This document shows, piece by piece, positions 6,995 through 17,106 of a stretch of 24,408 nucleotides of DNA. The stretch is taken from the NCBI GenBank assembly GCA_018819375.1, contig JAHJQH010000071.1, forward strand, positions 1-24,408, read 5' to 3'. Under the pieces are notes generated by a model, which saw nothing but the letters and a program-made list of their open reading frames with translations, did not search any database and was not told the origin of the DNA. Each line of letters begins with the position of its first letter. Position 1 is the first letter of the stretch. Made by a program: the position numbers and the translations under genes. Source of the stretch: Nanobdellota archaeon (GTDB taxonomy: Archaea > Nanobdellota > Nanobdellia > SCGC-AAA011-G17 > GW2011-AR20).

Positions 6995-8878
6995 ATGAAC
7001 GAAATCCTAAAAGAAGTATTAAAGTATATACCAGATAAATCAAAGATATGTGATTCTGGTTTTGAAGGAGCTAACATTGTCCTGTACACAGAGGACAAGG
7101 AGTTCTTTCTAGGAAGCAATGGATTAATCAAGGAGATAGTGGACAACATAAAGAAGAGAGTAGAAATAAGGATGTCTCCTTCAAAAACACTGGATCAGGA
7201 AGAAACAGAAAAGGAAATAGAAAAAATAGCCCCAAAAGAAGCTGGAAAACCGCACGTGATTTTTGACCCTCAAAGGTCCATAGTGATAATAGAAGCAGAA
7301 AAACCAGGGTTAATCATAGGAAAAGCAGGAGAGTTATTAAAGGAAATAAAAAAGAGAACATCCTGGTCCCCTCTTGTAAAAAGAACCCCCATCATCAGGT
7401 CCACAATCATAGAAAAAATAAGGCAGGTTTTGTATGAAAACAACGATTATAGGAAAAAGTTCCTGAACAAAGTAGGAAGAAGAATATATGATGGCTGGGT
7501 AAGGGAAAAAAAGAACGAGTGGATAAAAGCAAGTTTTCTTGGAGGGGCAAGGCAGGTAGGAAGGTCTTGCATCCTTCTTCAAACTCAAGAATCAAGAATT
7601 CTATTGGATTGTGGCATAGACATAGCATCAGAAAAAGAGCCATTTCCTTTTTTGGATGCACCTGAATTCAACTTGAATGAATTAGATGCAATAATAGTGA
7701 CACATTCTCACCTTGACCATTGCGGTCTTGTTCCGTATCTGTATAAGTTAGGATACAAAGGTCCTGTTTATATGACATTACCAACAAGAGATATATCTTC
7801 TCTTTTGGCATTGGATTACATAAGTGTTGCACAAAAAGAAGGAAACAAGACATTGTATACAAGCAAAGATGTAAAAGAAATGGTAAAACATTGTATACCT
7901 TTGGGTTACGAAGAAGTAACAGATATCACTCCAGATGTGAGGCTAACATTTTACAACGCAGGCCATACACTTGGAAGTGCAATGTGTCATCTCCACATAG
8001 GAAATGGGCTTCATAACTTGTTGTACACCGGAGATATGAATTACGAACTCTCAAATCTGTTGGCTCCAGCATCAACAAAATTCCCAAGACTGGAAACAGC
8101 AATAATAGAAAGTACATACGGAGGAAAAGATGACATACCTCCGCCAAGAGAAGAATGTGAACAAGAACTAATGAGAATAGTAAATGAAACAATAAACAAA
8201 AAAGGAAAAGTGCTTCTTCCTGTCTTGGGTGTGGGAAGGTCACAGGAGATTATGCTAATACTGGAAAAAGCAATGAGAAACAAGCTGATTCCAGAAGTTC
8301 CTATATACATACACGGAATGGTCTGGGATGTCACTGCCATTCACACGACTTATCCTGATTTTTTCAACAACAATATGAAGAAACAGATATTCCATCACGA
8401 CCAAAATCCTTTCTTGTCAAACATATTCAAGAGAGTAGGAAGCAAAAAAGAAATGGAAGAAGTAATAAATGGTGGTCCGTGTGTTATTTTGGCAACCTCA
8501 GGAATGATGGTGGCAGGGCCAAGTGTTGAATACTTCAAGGAATTTGCATCAAACAACAGGAACAGCCTCGTACTCACGTGCTATCAGGGACCAGGAACTC
8601 TTGGAAGAAGGCTTGAAAATCAGGAAAAAGAAATAAGAATAAACAATACAGAAACAATCTCAGTTAAGATGGATGTTTATGCCATAAAAGGTTTCAGCGG
8701 GCATTCCTCAAGAACGCAGTTGATGAATTTCGTGAAAAGATTAAACCCAAAACCAAAGAAAATCATAATTATGCATGGAGAAAGCTCAAAATGCCTTGAC
8801 CTCGCAAGCTCCATCCACAAACTTGCAAGAATAGAAACAAATGCCCCAAAAAACCTTGAGGCAATCAGGATAAGGTAA
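6995..8878 (+). CDS. fttA: aCPSF1/FttA beta-CASP ribonuclease with N-terminal KH domains
   Basis: KPGLIIGKAG KH motif, THSHLDH MBL motif, AGHTLGS, YTGD, ESTYGG, GFSGHS, MHGE; conserved adjacency to psmB. Confidence 0.97.
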   Translation: MNEILKEVLKYIPDKSKICDSGFEGANIVLYTEDKEFFLGSNGLIKEIVDNIKKRVEIRMSPSKTLDQEETEKEIEKIAPKEAGKPHVIFDPQRSIVIIEAEKPGLIIGKAGELLKEIKKRTSWSPLVKRTPIIRSTIIEKIRQVLYENNDYRKKFLNKVGRRIYDGWVREKKNEWIKASFLGGARQVGRSCILLQTQESRILLDCGIDIASEKEPFPFLDAPEFNLNELDAIIVTHSHLDHCGLVPYLYKLGYKGPVYMTLPTRDISSLLALDYISVAQKEGNKTLYTSKDVKEMVKHCIPLGYEEVTDITPDVRLTFYNAGHTLGSAMCHLHIGNGLHNLLYTGDMNYELSNLLAPASTKFPRLETAIIESTYGGKDDIPPPREECEQELMRIVNETINKKGKVLLPVLGVGRSQEIMLILEKAMRNKLIPEVPIYIHGMVWDVTAIHTTYPDFFNNNMKKQIFHHDQNPFLSNIFKRVGSKKEMEEVINGGPCVILATSGMMVAGPSVEYFKEFASNNRNSLVLTCYQGPGTLGRRLENQEKEIRINNTETISVKMDVYAIKGFSGHSSRTQLMNFVKRLNPKPKKIIIMHGESSKCLDLASSIHKLARIETNAPKNLEAIRIR

Positions 8879-8907
8879 TACAAAAAAGGATAAGGTAATA
8901 CAAAAAA
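8868..8907. repeat. Perfect 20-bp tandem duplication spanning the fttA stop
   Basis: GGATAAGGTAATACAAAAAA x2. Confidence 0.95.
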
Positions 8908-8941
8908 ACAGATAAAATAAAAAACCAACTTCTTCTTACAC

Positions 8942-9280
8942 TCACTTCCCAGATGGTTTGAAATCAATCACTTTTAATACTAATTGGCTATGATTCCAAC
9001 TACAAAGCAGATTTATGTTTCCATCATCTCCTACTTTAATAGGAAAATATGCAATTCTGCACCCATGATCAGGAACAACACCAATACTGCCAGGAGTATA
9101 ACTGCAGAGTAAATCACCAGAGGGATAAGTTTTATGTTCACAAGTATCAACAACATTCTCAGGTAATACTGCCAAAGCCGGACAATTAAAAGGTTTATCT
9201 TCTTTCTTTGCTAAATCAAAAAGATATTCTCTAAACTTCAAGTAATCATTAAATGATACCACCCCCTTATACAAATCCAA
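8942..9280 (-). CDS. Hypothetical protein; start TTG 9280 or more likely GTG 9262
   Basis: 112-aa ORF; TTTATATA-like box at about 9285-9292 fits a leaderless GTG at 9262. Confidence 0.65.
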   Translation of the reverse strand: MDLYKGVVSFNDYLKFREYLFDLAKKEDKPFNCPALAVLPENVVDTCEHKTYPSGDLLCSYTPGSIGVVPDHGCRIAYFPIKVGDDGNINLLCSWNHSQLVLKVIDFKPSGK

Positions 9281-9373
9281 AAATTATATAAAACCAACGC
9301 CTGCCAACCAACATAAAAATCAACAAGAAACAATCATCGCACCACACAAATTCTTAAATATTATGACAGCTCC

Positions 9374-10084
9374 TTGTTTTTTTTAATGAAATTCTGTCCA
9401 AACAAGCAACAATTCGGAATAATTGACTATGCCCCGCGTATAATCAGCTATCCACCCAAACAAGACAATAAACACCCTGGAATACAATTTCAGGATAGAT
9501 TATATGGTTACCCCGAAAAAAACCAGCCAGAAGACAAGGGGTTCACGCCAGGCATAAAGTTATTCTATTACAGGACAGGGCATTTGCTCTTTTTTCATCC
9601 AGAATTATTTGAAGCCCCGGAATCCTTTCTCAAAAACAAGGATTTAACAAAAGATATCCTACTGCAAAAAAAGTGGGTTCTTCTTTTGGGATTCGGAAAA
9701 GAAATATCTCGCGACATAGGCATAGAAAGAGAATACGAGCAGGATAGATTATTTCTATCTCTTTTGATGAAAGAAGAAGTGCATTTTCTAAATCTGAAAT
9801 TAGATTCCAAAATAAAAAAATTAGAACAAGAAGTAACAAAGTTTCACAAAGAGAAAAAAACAGGAACTGTGATAGACCCAATATACATAAACGCTCTCCA
9901 CATTGAAACAAATAATTTTTCAAGAAACCTGGAAGATTACAAGGAACAAAAGCTCCCCTTAGAGTTATACGCCGACCAAGACAAAAAAGGTTTTGTGAAT
10001 CCAATGCCTTCAAGAGAAATAAGGGAATATCTATTAGTATTCGCTCACCGCAGTTCAGGAAAGATAATGAGTTTGTTGGTTTAA
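9374..10084 (+). CDS. Hypothetical protein (start TTG 9374 or ATG 9386)
   Basis: 236-aa ORF with no motif I recognise. Confidence 0.7.
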   Translation: MFFLMKFCPNKQQFGIIDYAPRIISYPPKQDNKHPGIQFQDRLYGYPEKNQPEDKGFTPGIKLFYYRTGHLLFFHPELFEAPESFLKNKDLTKDILLQKKWVLLLGFGKEISRDIGIEREYEQDRLFLSLLMKEEVHFLNLKLDSKIKKLEQEVTKFHKEKKTGTVIDPIYINALHIETNNFSRNLEDYKEQKLPLELYADQDKKGFVNPMPSREIREYLLVFAHRSSGKIMSLLV

Positions 10085-10212
10085 TCTGCCAACCAACAAA
10101 ACACAACAAACAAACCAACCATTAAATCATATTCTTTCAACCACAACAATGTATTTAAATAAACAAGCAATTTTAAAATCTACTTTTTAAGAGTGATAAA
10201 GGGGGGTTACTA

Positions 10213-12480
10213 ATGAAAAATAATAAAAATAGAGTAAATAAGATAATAGTATTACTAATTATGAGCTTTTTTGTCTTGGCAATAAGACAAGCATCTGCTT
10301 TTGAGATTTCTTCAGCAACAACGCAACAAAGCACCTGCCCAGGTTCAACAGTACTTTTCACAGCAACATTAACAGGAACAGGAAACTTTAACATAAATCT
10401 GGATGGGAAAGCAAGTTCGTGGACCAGTGCAGTGCCTCCGGGAATTCATCTGGAACAAGGCTCAGAAACAATATATGTTTATGCGACACCTTCTTCAGAA
10501 ACTCAGACAGGGTTATATGATTTAAATCTGAAAGTAACAAGTCAGGAAGGTACAAAGATAATTCAATATACTATAAATGTAATAAGCTGTCACGGATTAG
10601 AAATCGCAGGAGAAGTAAAAAAAGATGTCTGTTCCTGTAAACAAGGCGAGTATCAGTTATCCATCACAAACAGCGGAACATTTCAGGAGATATACGACAT
10701 TGAGTTAAAAGGTCCAGCATTAGAATACATTACCCAGGGTCAAAAAAGTATTATGTTAAATCCAGGTGAAACAAAGCCAATAAGCTTGTATGCAGATATT
10801 CCATGCGGAAAAGAAGGAATCTATGAATTCACATTAAGCATAGGAAACAAGGATGTATTCAGGGAGCTTAAAGGAACTCTGAACATTGGGAATTGTTTTG
10901 GATTCAAGATAAAAACAGAAAAAGATTATGTTAGCTTCTGTGAACACACAATAAACACGGTTCCAATAACAATAGAAAATACTGCAGAAGAGGACAACAG
11001 GTTTGACTTAAAAATTACAGGTCCGGCCTGGGCAAGTCTTGAGAAAAAAGAGATGGAATTAGGAGCATCTCAAAAAGGAAACATAAACCTCATAATAAAC
11101 CCAGATTACGGAGTAAGTGGCGACTTCGACATTAGAATAACAGCAACAGAACAAAAAAACAAGATAAGCCAGGAAAAGGTAATCAAGGCAAACATAAAAG
11201 ATTGCTATTCTGTGAATGTTGATATAATAGAAGACAAAGCAACTGTATGCTCAGAATTCACAAAAGAGATAACAGTGGATATAAAAAATGAAGGAGAAAT
11301 CTCTCAGGAATACAAGCTAAATACAAACTATGACTGGGCAGTGCCAAAAATAAAAACATTGAACATAAGACCAGGAGAAAAACAAACAGTAGTCATAGAA
11401 TTAAACCCAGCAAAAGACACCTTAACACAGAATTATGATTTAACATTGCATGTTTCATCAACAGATGACAGCAAGACAACTGGCAGCGATGCAATAAAAG
11501 TGCAGGTTCTTTCAAAAACAGATTGTTATAAGCCAGAAATCAATGCAGAAGGATTAAAAGTAAAAAAAGATTCCTCTGCCACGCTTCCAATAACAATAAA
11601 AAATGCAGGAATAGAAAACGCAGAATACACTATAATAGCAAGTGGTGAAGGAGTAGGATTCTTTCAGATAAACCCTGCGATTTTGTCAATAGAATCAGGA
11701 AAATCCAAGACAACTTATCTTTACATTGCACCTGGAATAAACACGCAGCCAGGAGAATATGCCATAACAATATCAGTCAAGGTAAAAGAAGGAGATGTTC
11801 TTGCAAGTAAAAACCTTAAAATGCAGATTGAGGAAGCAAAAGGAAAAATAACAGGAGAAACAATTAAAGAAACAAAAGGCCCTGGCTTGTTCACAAGAAT
11901 AAAAAACTGGTTCAGCAACTTGTTCAGGAAAGAAGAAACAAATGAAAGTGAAAAAGAGACTCCTCCGTCAACAATAAAAGAAAAAGTGCTGGCATATAAA
12001 TATCCCCTGATAATTGGGATAATAGTTCTTATCATCCTGGTAATATTAATAGTAAAATCAACAAGAAAAGACGAGGATGATGAGTTTGAGGAGGAATTTA
12101 AGGATGAGGATTTTTCTGATGATGAGTTTGAGGAAGGTGAAGGAGAAATAAAGTTAGGTAGATGGATAATTGGAATAATCCTTCTGATAATAGCCTTCAT
12201 CTTGATAAGAAAATATTGGACAGGAATCTTGTTCTACAAATATTATATAACCTTGGGGGTAATAATACTAATCCTCATGATTTTGGCAATAAAATACTGG
12301 GGTAAGATAATAGAGTTCTTTGAAGAAGAAGACAAGGATGAATTTGAGGAAGAATTTAAGGATAACAACAAGGACAAGGAAGAATCATATGACTCAGAGA
12401 TAATAGAAAAACCCCAAAAAGAAAAAGATAAGTCAGAAATAGGAAAGAGAAAAAGAGGCAGACCTCCAAAAAAGAAGTGA
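10213..12480 (+). CDS. Large membrane-anchored surface protein: signal peptide, tandem Ig/CARDB/NEW3-like beta domains, 3 TM helices, acidic loops, C-terminal AT-hook
   Basis: Repeating ...I.NxG...Y.L...G pattern with paired Cys; three hydrophobic segments after residue ~595; ends KRKRGRPPKKK. Confidence 0.85.
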   Translation: MKNNKNRVNKIIVLLIMSFFVLAIRQASAFEISSATTQQSTCPGSTVLFTATLTGTGNFNINLDGKASSWTSAVPPGIHLEQGSETIYVYATPSSETQTGLYDLNLKVTSQEGTKIIQYTINVISCHGLEIAGEVKKDVCSCKQGEYQLSITNSGTFQEIYDIELKGPALEYITQGQKSIMLNPGETKPISLYADIPCGKEGIYEFTLSIGNKDVFRELKGTLNIGNCFGFKIKTEKDYVSFCEHTINTVPITIENTAEEDNRFDLKITGPAWASLEKKEMELGASQKGNINLIINPDYGVSGDFDIRITATEQKNKISQEKVIKANIKDCYSVNVDIIEDKATVCSEFTKEITVDIKNEGEISQEYKLNTNYDWAVPKIKTLNIRPGEKQTVVIELNPAKDTLTQNYDLTLHVSSTDDSKTTGSDAIKVQVLSKTDCYKPEINAEGLKVKKDSSATLPITIKNAGIENAEYTIIASGEGVGFFQINPAILSIESGKSKTTYLYIAPGINTQPGEYAITISVKVKEGDVLASKNLKMQIEEAKGKITGETIKETKGPGLFTRIKNWFSNLFRKEETNESEKETPPSTIKEKVLAYKYPLIIGIIVLIILVILIVKSTRKDEDDEFEEEFKDEDFSDDEFEEGEGEIKLGRWIIGIILLIIAFILIRKYWTGILFYKYYITLGVIILILMILAIKYWGKIIEFFEEEDKDEFEEEFKDNNKDKEESYDSEIIEKPQKEKDKSEIGKRKRGRPPKKK

Positions 12481-12511
12481 TAAGAAAGTAAGAGGGGTGT
12501 AAGGAGGAAAA

Positions 12512-13054
12512 ATGGCAGGTACAAAAACAGAAACATTAATTTTAAAGAACGAATATAAAAGAGTAGGTGATTTTCTTGAAGCAGTATTAGAAGGAGGGGT
12601 AGAAGATTTTGTGTTAGAAGGGTGTATAGATTCGTTCAAATTATTTCCTGTCAACGACAACGAGTTTGAAACACAGTTAAGCAGGATGGGATATGACATC
12701 AATTTCATAAACACAAAAGGGGGCATCATAGGTCTTTGTGTAGTTTATGACGGAGCCCATAACAGCATAGGTTTTGAAGCAATTATCCCAACCAAGATGA
12801 AAGATGATGTGAATAATATGAGGGCAAGGCTTAGGTATCCTTTGTTTACCAAAGTTATGGACAAAGAAATTCCAGTAACCATAGAAGGAATAGTGGAGAA
12901 AGGAGCAACGCAGCGAAATGAAAAAAATATTCTTGTCTATAATATATACAGCTCTTATAATCTGCTCAATGAGTCAAAAGGAGAAGAGTATCCAACAAAA
13001 AGAGGCAAAATAAAAATACCTATTTTAGAAAGAGTTTCAATGAATCCGTCATAA
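12512..13054 (+). CDS. Hypothetical protein
   Basis: 180-aa ORF preceded by AAGGAGG Shine-Dalgarno. Confidence 0.75.
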   Translation: MAGTKTETLILKNEYKRVGDFLEAVLEGGVEDFVLEGCIDSFKLFPVNDNEFETQLSRMGYDINFINTKGGIIGLCVVYDGAHNSIGFEAIIPTKMKDDVNNMRARLRYPLFTKVMDKEIPVTIEGIVEKGATQRNEKNILVYNIYSSYNLLNESKGEEYPTKRGKIKIPILERVSMNPS

Positions 13055-13133
13055 TAACAAAGAAAAGAAGGAAAACAAAATGGACACAATCGTAAATCAA
13101 AAAGATTATAAAGAGAACAATCATAATACTTTT

Positions 13134-13403
13134 ATGGGAAAGAAGAAACTTAAAACATTTGATATTTTAGCTTGGATAGCATTTGGTATAGTTGTTTTGT
13201 ATTTCATTCTCAAAATAATCGGGATAATCCAAAGCCCTATGACTATTGATTTAATAGCTCTAATTTCAGGGGCTTTTTTTATTGGGAGATATGCTCAAAA
13301 AATAGATTCTTCTCTTAATGATCTCGAAAATGTAAAAGGGGATATTAGGAACTTAGATAAAAAATGCCTTATCTTTAAAGAAAATAGAACAAAAACTAAA
13401 TAA
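13134..13403 (+). CDS. Small two-TM membrane protein (track start 13080; 13134 preferred)
   Basis: Two hydrophobic helices plus short coiled coil; TTATAAA at 13106-13112 fits a leaderless ATG at 13134. Confidence 0.7.
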   Translation: MGKKKLKTFDILAWIAFGIVVLYFILKIIGIIQSPMTIDLIALISGAFFIGRYAQKIDSSLNDLENVKGDIRNLDKKCLIFKENRTKTK

Positions 13404-13434
13404 TTGTATGAAACACCAGTGAAAATCTCGCAGA

Positions 13435-13896
13435 CTATATTCTTCTAAAAGGACCCCGATAACCAATCTTAAGTTCTTTGTCTGGATTAACTTTTTCATA
13501 AACTTTCAGGAATCTCTCTTCTTCAAGATAATATTTCCCTTTGATATACTTATTTTTATAAGCCTTTATGATTCTATAAAATCTTTCTAATTTGTTGAAT
13601 AATTCATCTTTCCTTAATTCTTCTAATTTTTCTGAATTCTTGTCTATCAAATCTAAGAATTCAAGTAAAGACAATTTTACTTTTAATAAATGAAGTCTTC
13701 TTTCTATGGCCTCCACTGCTATTTTCTCACAATAAATCTGTCCTGTTAGAAATAATATGGCCCTTGCCTCATTTACCTCTTTCCATGTAGGATTCTCTTG
13801 ATTTATAATCTGTTGGTATTCATTCCAGAGGTTATCGAGTTCCTCTGAAATTTTTTCTGGTTCCATTAGATAAGTATATTTCATTAAGTTTATCAT
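13435..13896 (-). CDS. Hypothetical alpha-helical protein
   Basis: 153-aa ORF with protein-like composition; start may be a later Met. Confidence 0.7.
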   Translation of the reverse strand: MINLMKYTYLMEPEKISEELDNLWNEYQQIINQENPTWKEVNEARAILFLTGQIYCEKIAVEAIERRLHLLKVKLSLLEFLDLIDKNSEKLEELRKDELFNKLERFYRIIKAYKNKYIKGKYYLEEERFLKVYEKVNPDKELKIGYRGPFRRI

Positions 13897-14089
13897 ATAA
13901 GGTTATGTAATCTCTTCGTTTATAAGTTTTGCTTGGGTGTGCAATGCAAACAAAACATAAACCAAAAATACAAACCTCTCTACAAGACATAAACAAAAAA
14001 TCTCTATCGCCCGCAAACCATAAAGGGAATTTAGCACCTTCCAACCAACCACCGCAAAACTTAATAACCACCCGCCCTTATTCTAAGAT

Positions 14090-16528
14090 ATGCAAAAAAA
14101 GAGGTCAGGGGTATTAAAAAGCTCTGGACAATTAAACAAGAAGTCACAGTCAGCAATAGAGTTCTTCATGAATTATGGAATATATGTCTTAATAGCTGTA
14201 GTAATACTAGGGACGTTGATATACGCAGGTGTCTTTAACAAAAGAGTGATTTCAGAAGTAATCATAGAAGAACCACTTGAAATATCAGATTTCAAGATAA
14301 CAGAAATGTCCATAGATTTCACAATCAAGATAACACCAGAAGCAGAAATAGCAGAAATAAAAAGAATCACAATAGATGATGTTTCCTGCACAGGCCAGAG
14401 AGGAGAATTATACAACAAAATCATAACAACTAAGTTGAGCTTAAGTGGATGCAGGAACATAAATCCTCCATTAGAAGTATCAAAAAAAGTCACAGGAGAG
14501 ATATATGTGGAATACACAAAAGAAAAAGGCACAACACATCAGGTGATAGGAGAATACACAGGAAAAGTAGAAACAGGAGCCCAAAGATTATGTGGAAACA
14601 AGGAGATGGATGAACAGGAAGAATGTGATGATGGAAATCTTGAACAAGGAGATGGATGCAGTCCTGAATGCAGGTTCACTCACAAGGAATGTGTGGGAGA
14701 AACTTGTGTTAACAAGATAGGTCGTGGAATAGACACTTGCACTTCAACCCTGGAATGCCTGATAAACTGCAATAACAACAACATATGGGAAGATGGAATT
14801 CATAATCTTCCAGAACTAATTGATTTGGGAGAGCAGTGTGATGGAGAAGACAAACCAACTTGTCAGGAAAGAGATTATGAAAAAGGGCAGACAATCTGCA
14901 ACAACTGCAGGTTGGATATGTCTGAATGTTATGAATGCGGGAATTACGGAATAGAAGGCCCAGAAGAATGTGACTTCAGGCAAGACGGGGCAATGATATT
15001 TGAACAAGGAGACGGAACATGTGCAAGCATTGGATTAATAGGAGAATCCTTGTCTTGTTATGCTCCAGGAACAGAAAAAGAATGCACAATAGACTCTTCA
15101 GGATGTGGGTATTGTGGAGATAATAAAGTAACTCCTCCAGAACAATGCGATTTTAACGAACAAGGAGCTTCAATCATAACCTCTACTTGCGAAGAACAAT
15201 TAGGAGGAGCATATTCAGGAACACTAACCTGTTACACTCAAGGAACAGAAAAAGAATGCACTTATGACACAAGAGCGTGTAGGATGATATCTTGCGGCAA
15301 TGGAATTGTTCAGACAACATATGGGGAAGAATGTGATTTTGACCAGCAAGGAAACATTTACTTTGCACCTTCATCACCAAAAACCTGTTCTGGATTCAGT
15401 GACAACAATGAAAACCCATTTACCCAAGGAACATTAAAATGCAGTCCAACCACCTGCAAGATAGACTCTTCTGACTGTTATACCTGCGGAAATTTCTTAA
15501 TAGAAGGTCCAGAAGAATGTGATCAGACAAATTTAAATAACAAGGAATGCAAGGACATTCCAGGATTTAACAAAGGAGAACTGCTCTGTTATCCTCCAAA
15601 ATTCCCTACTGAATGCACTTTCTACACAGAAAACTGCATTAGTTCTTGCGGGGATGGGGTTCCTGACACTTGGGAAGAGTGTGATGATGGCAATCTCATA
15701 AATATGGATGCCTGCAACTCAGAATGCCAAGTGACCCACAACATCTGCTCAAATGAAAGATGTACAGAAATTCTAGGTTCAGGAACAAGTGAATGTTTCA
15801 GGAATGAGGACACAATAGCAATATTTCACCTGGATGAAGGAAAAGATTCAAACGGAGATACAATAACAGACTCAAGTGGCAACAACAATAATGGAATATT
15901 ATACGAATCTTCCTCTTCTGCAATAAAAACTAAAAACAACTGCAAGTATAATAGTTGTTATGAGTTTGACAGAGCAAGTGGCAGCAACACCGGAGAAATA
16001 ATCTCAAAAACATTCAGTAACATAGAAGAATTTTCATTAGAAATGTGGATTTATCTTCCAGCAGCACCTAACTTGGATACTGGTTATTTTGATGCAATCA
16101 CTATTAGTGAAGACAAGACCTATCCAACAATCCGTTTCACCTTGGGATTCCAGAACAAGGAAGTATTACTTTATGCAACTTATGGACCTTATTATGGACC
16201 TTATCTCACAAACAGCATATTACAATACAAGAAATGGCATCACATTGCATTAACTTGTAAAAGTGGATATCCTTCAGCTAATATCCGCTATTATCTTGAT
16301 GGGAACTTGATTGGAGGACTTAGTCTTCTTGATAATAGGGAAATAGATAATGAAAAAGTTCTTCCTAACTGCCTTAACAACGCGGACAGCGTCATCAAGA
16401 TTGGAGGTGGCAAGACTCTTTTTGACGGCTACATAGATAATGTAATCATTTACAGCAGGACACTAAACCAAGACGAAATAAGGAGCCATCTGGGCAGTAC
16501 TTTTGATTCTTGTGAAGATTTCATATAA
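14090..16528 (+). CDS. Surface adhesin-like protein: class III (pilin-type) signal, Cys-rich CGxG/N...EECD repeats (Myxococcus Cys-rich/DUF4215-like), C-terminal LamG/ConA-like domain
   Basis: KKSQSAIEFFMNYG signal; six CG(N/D)...E(E/Q)CD units; LamG hallmarks FHLDEG, DSSGNNN.G, FSLEMW, WHHIA, YYLDG, FDGYIDNV.IYSR.L. Confidence 0.88.
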   Translation: MQKKRSGVLKSSGQLNKKSQSAIEFFMNYGIYVLIAVVILGTLIYAGVFNKRVISEVIIEEPLEISDFKITEMSIDFTIKITPEAEIAEIKRITIDDVSCTGQRGELYNKIITTKLSLSGCRNINPPLEVSKKVTGEIYVEYTKEKGTTHQVIGEYTGKVETGAQRLCGNKEMDEQEECDDGNLEQGDGCSPECRFTHKECVGETCVNKIGRGIDTCTSTLECLINCNNNNIWEDGIHNLPELIDLGEQCDGEDKPTCQERDYEKGQTICNNCRLDMSECYECGNYGIEGPEECDFRQDGAMIFEQGDGTCASIGLIGESLSCYAPGTEKECTIDSSGCGYCGDNKVTPPEQCDFNEQGASIITSTCEEQLGGAYSGTLTCYTQGTEKECTYDTRACRMISCGNGIVQTTYGEECDFDQQGNIYFAPSSPKTCSGFSDNNENPFTQGTLKCSPTTCKIDSSDCYTCGNFLIEGPEECDQTNLNNKECKDIPGFNKGELLCYPPKFPTECTFYTENCISSCGDGVPDTWEECDDGNLINMDACNSECQVTHNICSNERCTEILGSGTSECFRNEDTIAIFHLDEGKDSNGDTITDSSGNNNNGILYESSSSAIKTKNNCKYNSCYEFDRASGSNTGEIISKTFSNIEEFSLEMWIYLPAAPNLDTGYFDAITISEDKTYPTIRFTLGFQNKEVLLYATYGPYYGPYLTNSILQYKKWHHIALTCKSGYPSANIRYYLDGNLIGGLSLLDNREIDNEKVLPNCLNNADSVIKIGGGKTLFDGYIDNVIIYSRTLNQDEIRSHLGSTFDSCEDFI

Positions 16529-16556
16529 TCACCAAAATTTCATATAACCACTAAAT

Positions 16557-16590
16557 CAACTTAATTGCTAAAACAACTTAATTGCTAAAA
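16557..16590. repeat. Perfect 17-bp tandem duplication in the convergent intergenic gap
   Basis: CAACTTAATTGCTAAAA x2 followed by CAA. Confidence 0.95.
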
Positions 16591-16601
16591 CAATTACCAG
16601 C

Positions 16602-17105
16602 TCATCCAGCCTTAAGACTTAACAAGGAAAAAATTTCCTTGGAAATGACTTTTCCGTTCTTAGCAGAAATCTTTGTATTAAGAACACTAAAACTATCAGT
16701 TATCATGCTCAGGTTCCAGATAGCACCATAACCTAAATCCTGAACAACCACTATCTTTTTCTCAAACCCTAATCCTTTAGCTTCTTCAAGTTTGCAGACA
16801 ATCTTAAAAGCATCATCCAAGTTTATCTTAACATCTTCAAGATTAAGTGGAGTTATCTTTGCCTCTTTTTCCTTAAAAGCCTTGTCTTTCTCCACAGTCC
16901 TAGTCCTACCATCCTGGCTTAATACAAAACTATTTATGTTGCCACCATAATAAAAATCAAATTGCCAGTTGCTTAATTCACTATGCACAAGAGTTTTTCC
17001 AATAACAACAAAACAACTGCATAAATAAGCTTTCTTATGCTCTCTCTCCCATCTCCTAAACACTTCGCTCTTCTTCAGCATACCAAAAGCTTTTTTTAAT
17101 TCCAT
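16602..17105 (-). CDS. Hypothetical protein with PepSY-like C-terminal half (start MELKKAF at 17105)
   Basis: ATG 1 nt after the thrS stop; INLDDAFKI...WNLS...ISAKNGKVI resembles PepSY. Confidence 0.65.
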   Translation of the reverse strand: MELKKAFGMLKKSEVFRRWEREHKKAYLCSCFVVIGKTLVHSELSNWQFDFYYGGNINSFVLSQDGRTRTVEKDKAFKEKEAKITPLNLEDVKINLDDAFKIVCKLEEAKGLGFEKKIVVVQDLGYGAIWNLSMITDSFSVLNTKISAKNGKVISKEIFSLLSLKAG

Positions 17106-17106
17106 T

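Noticed and set aside
13929-14117. 62-aa ORF in A/C-rich intergenic DNA (likewise 23014..23250 on the minus strand)
   Set aside because: Low-complexity chance ORFs with no protein-like features
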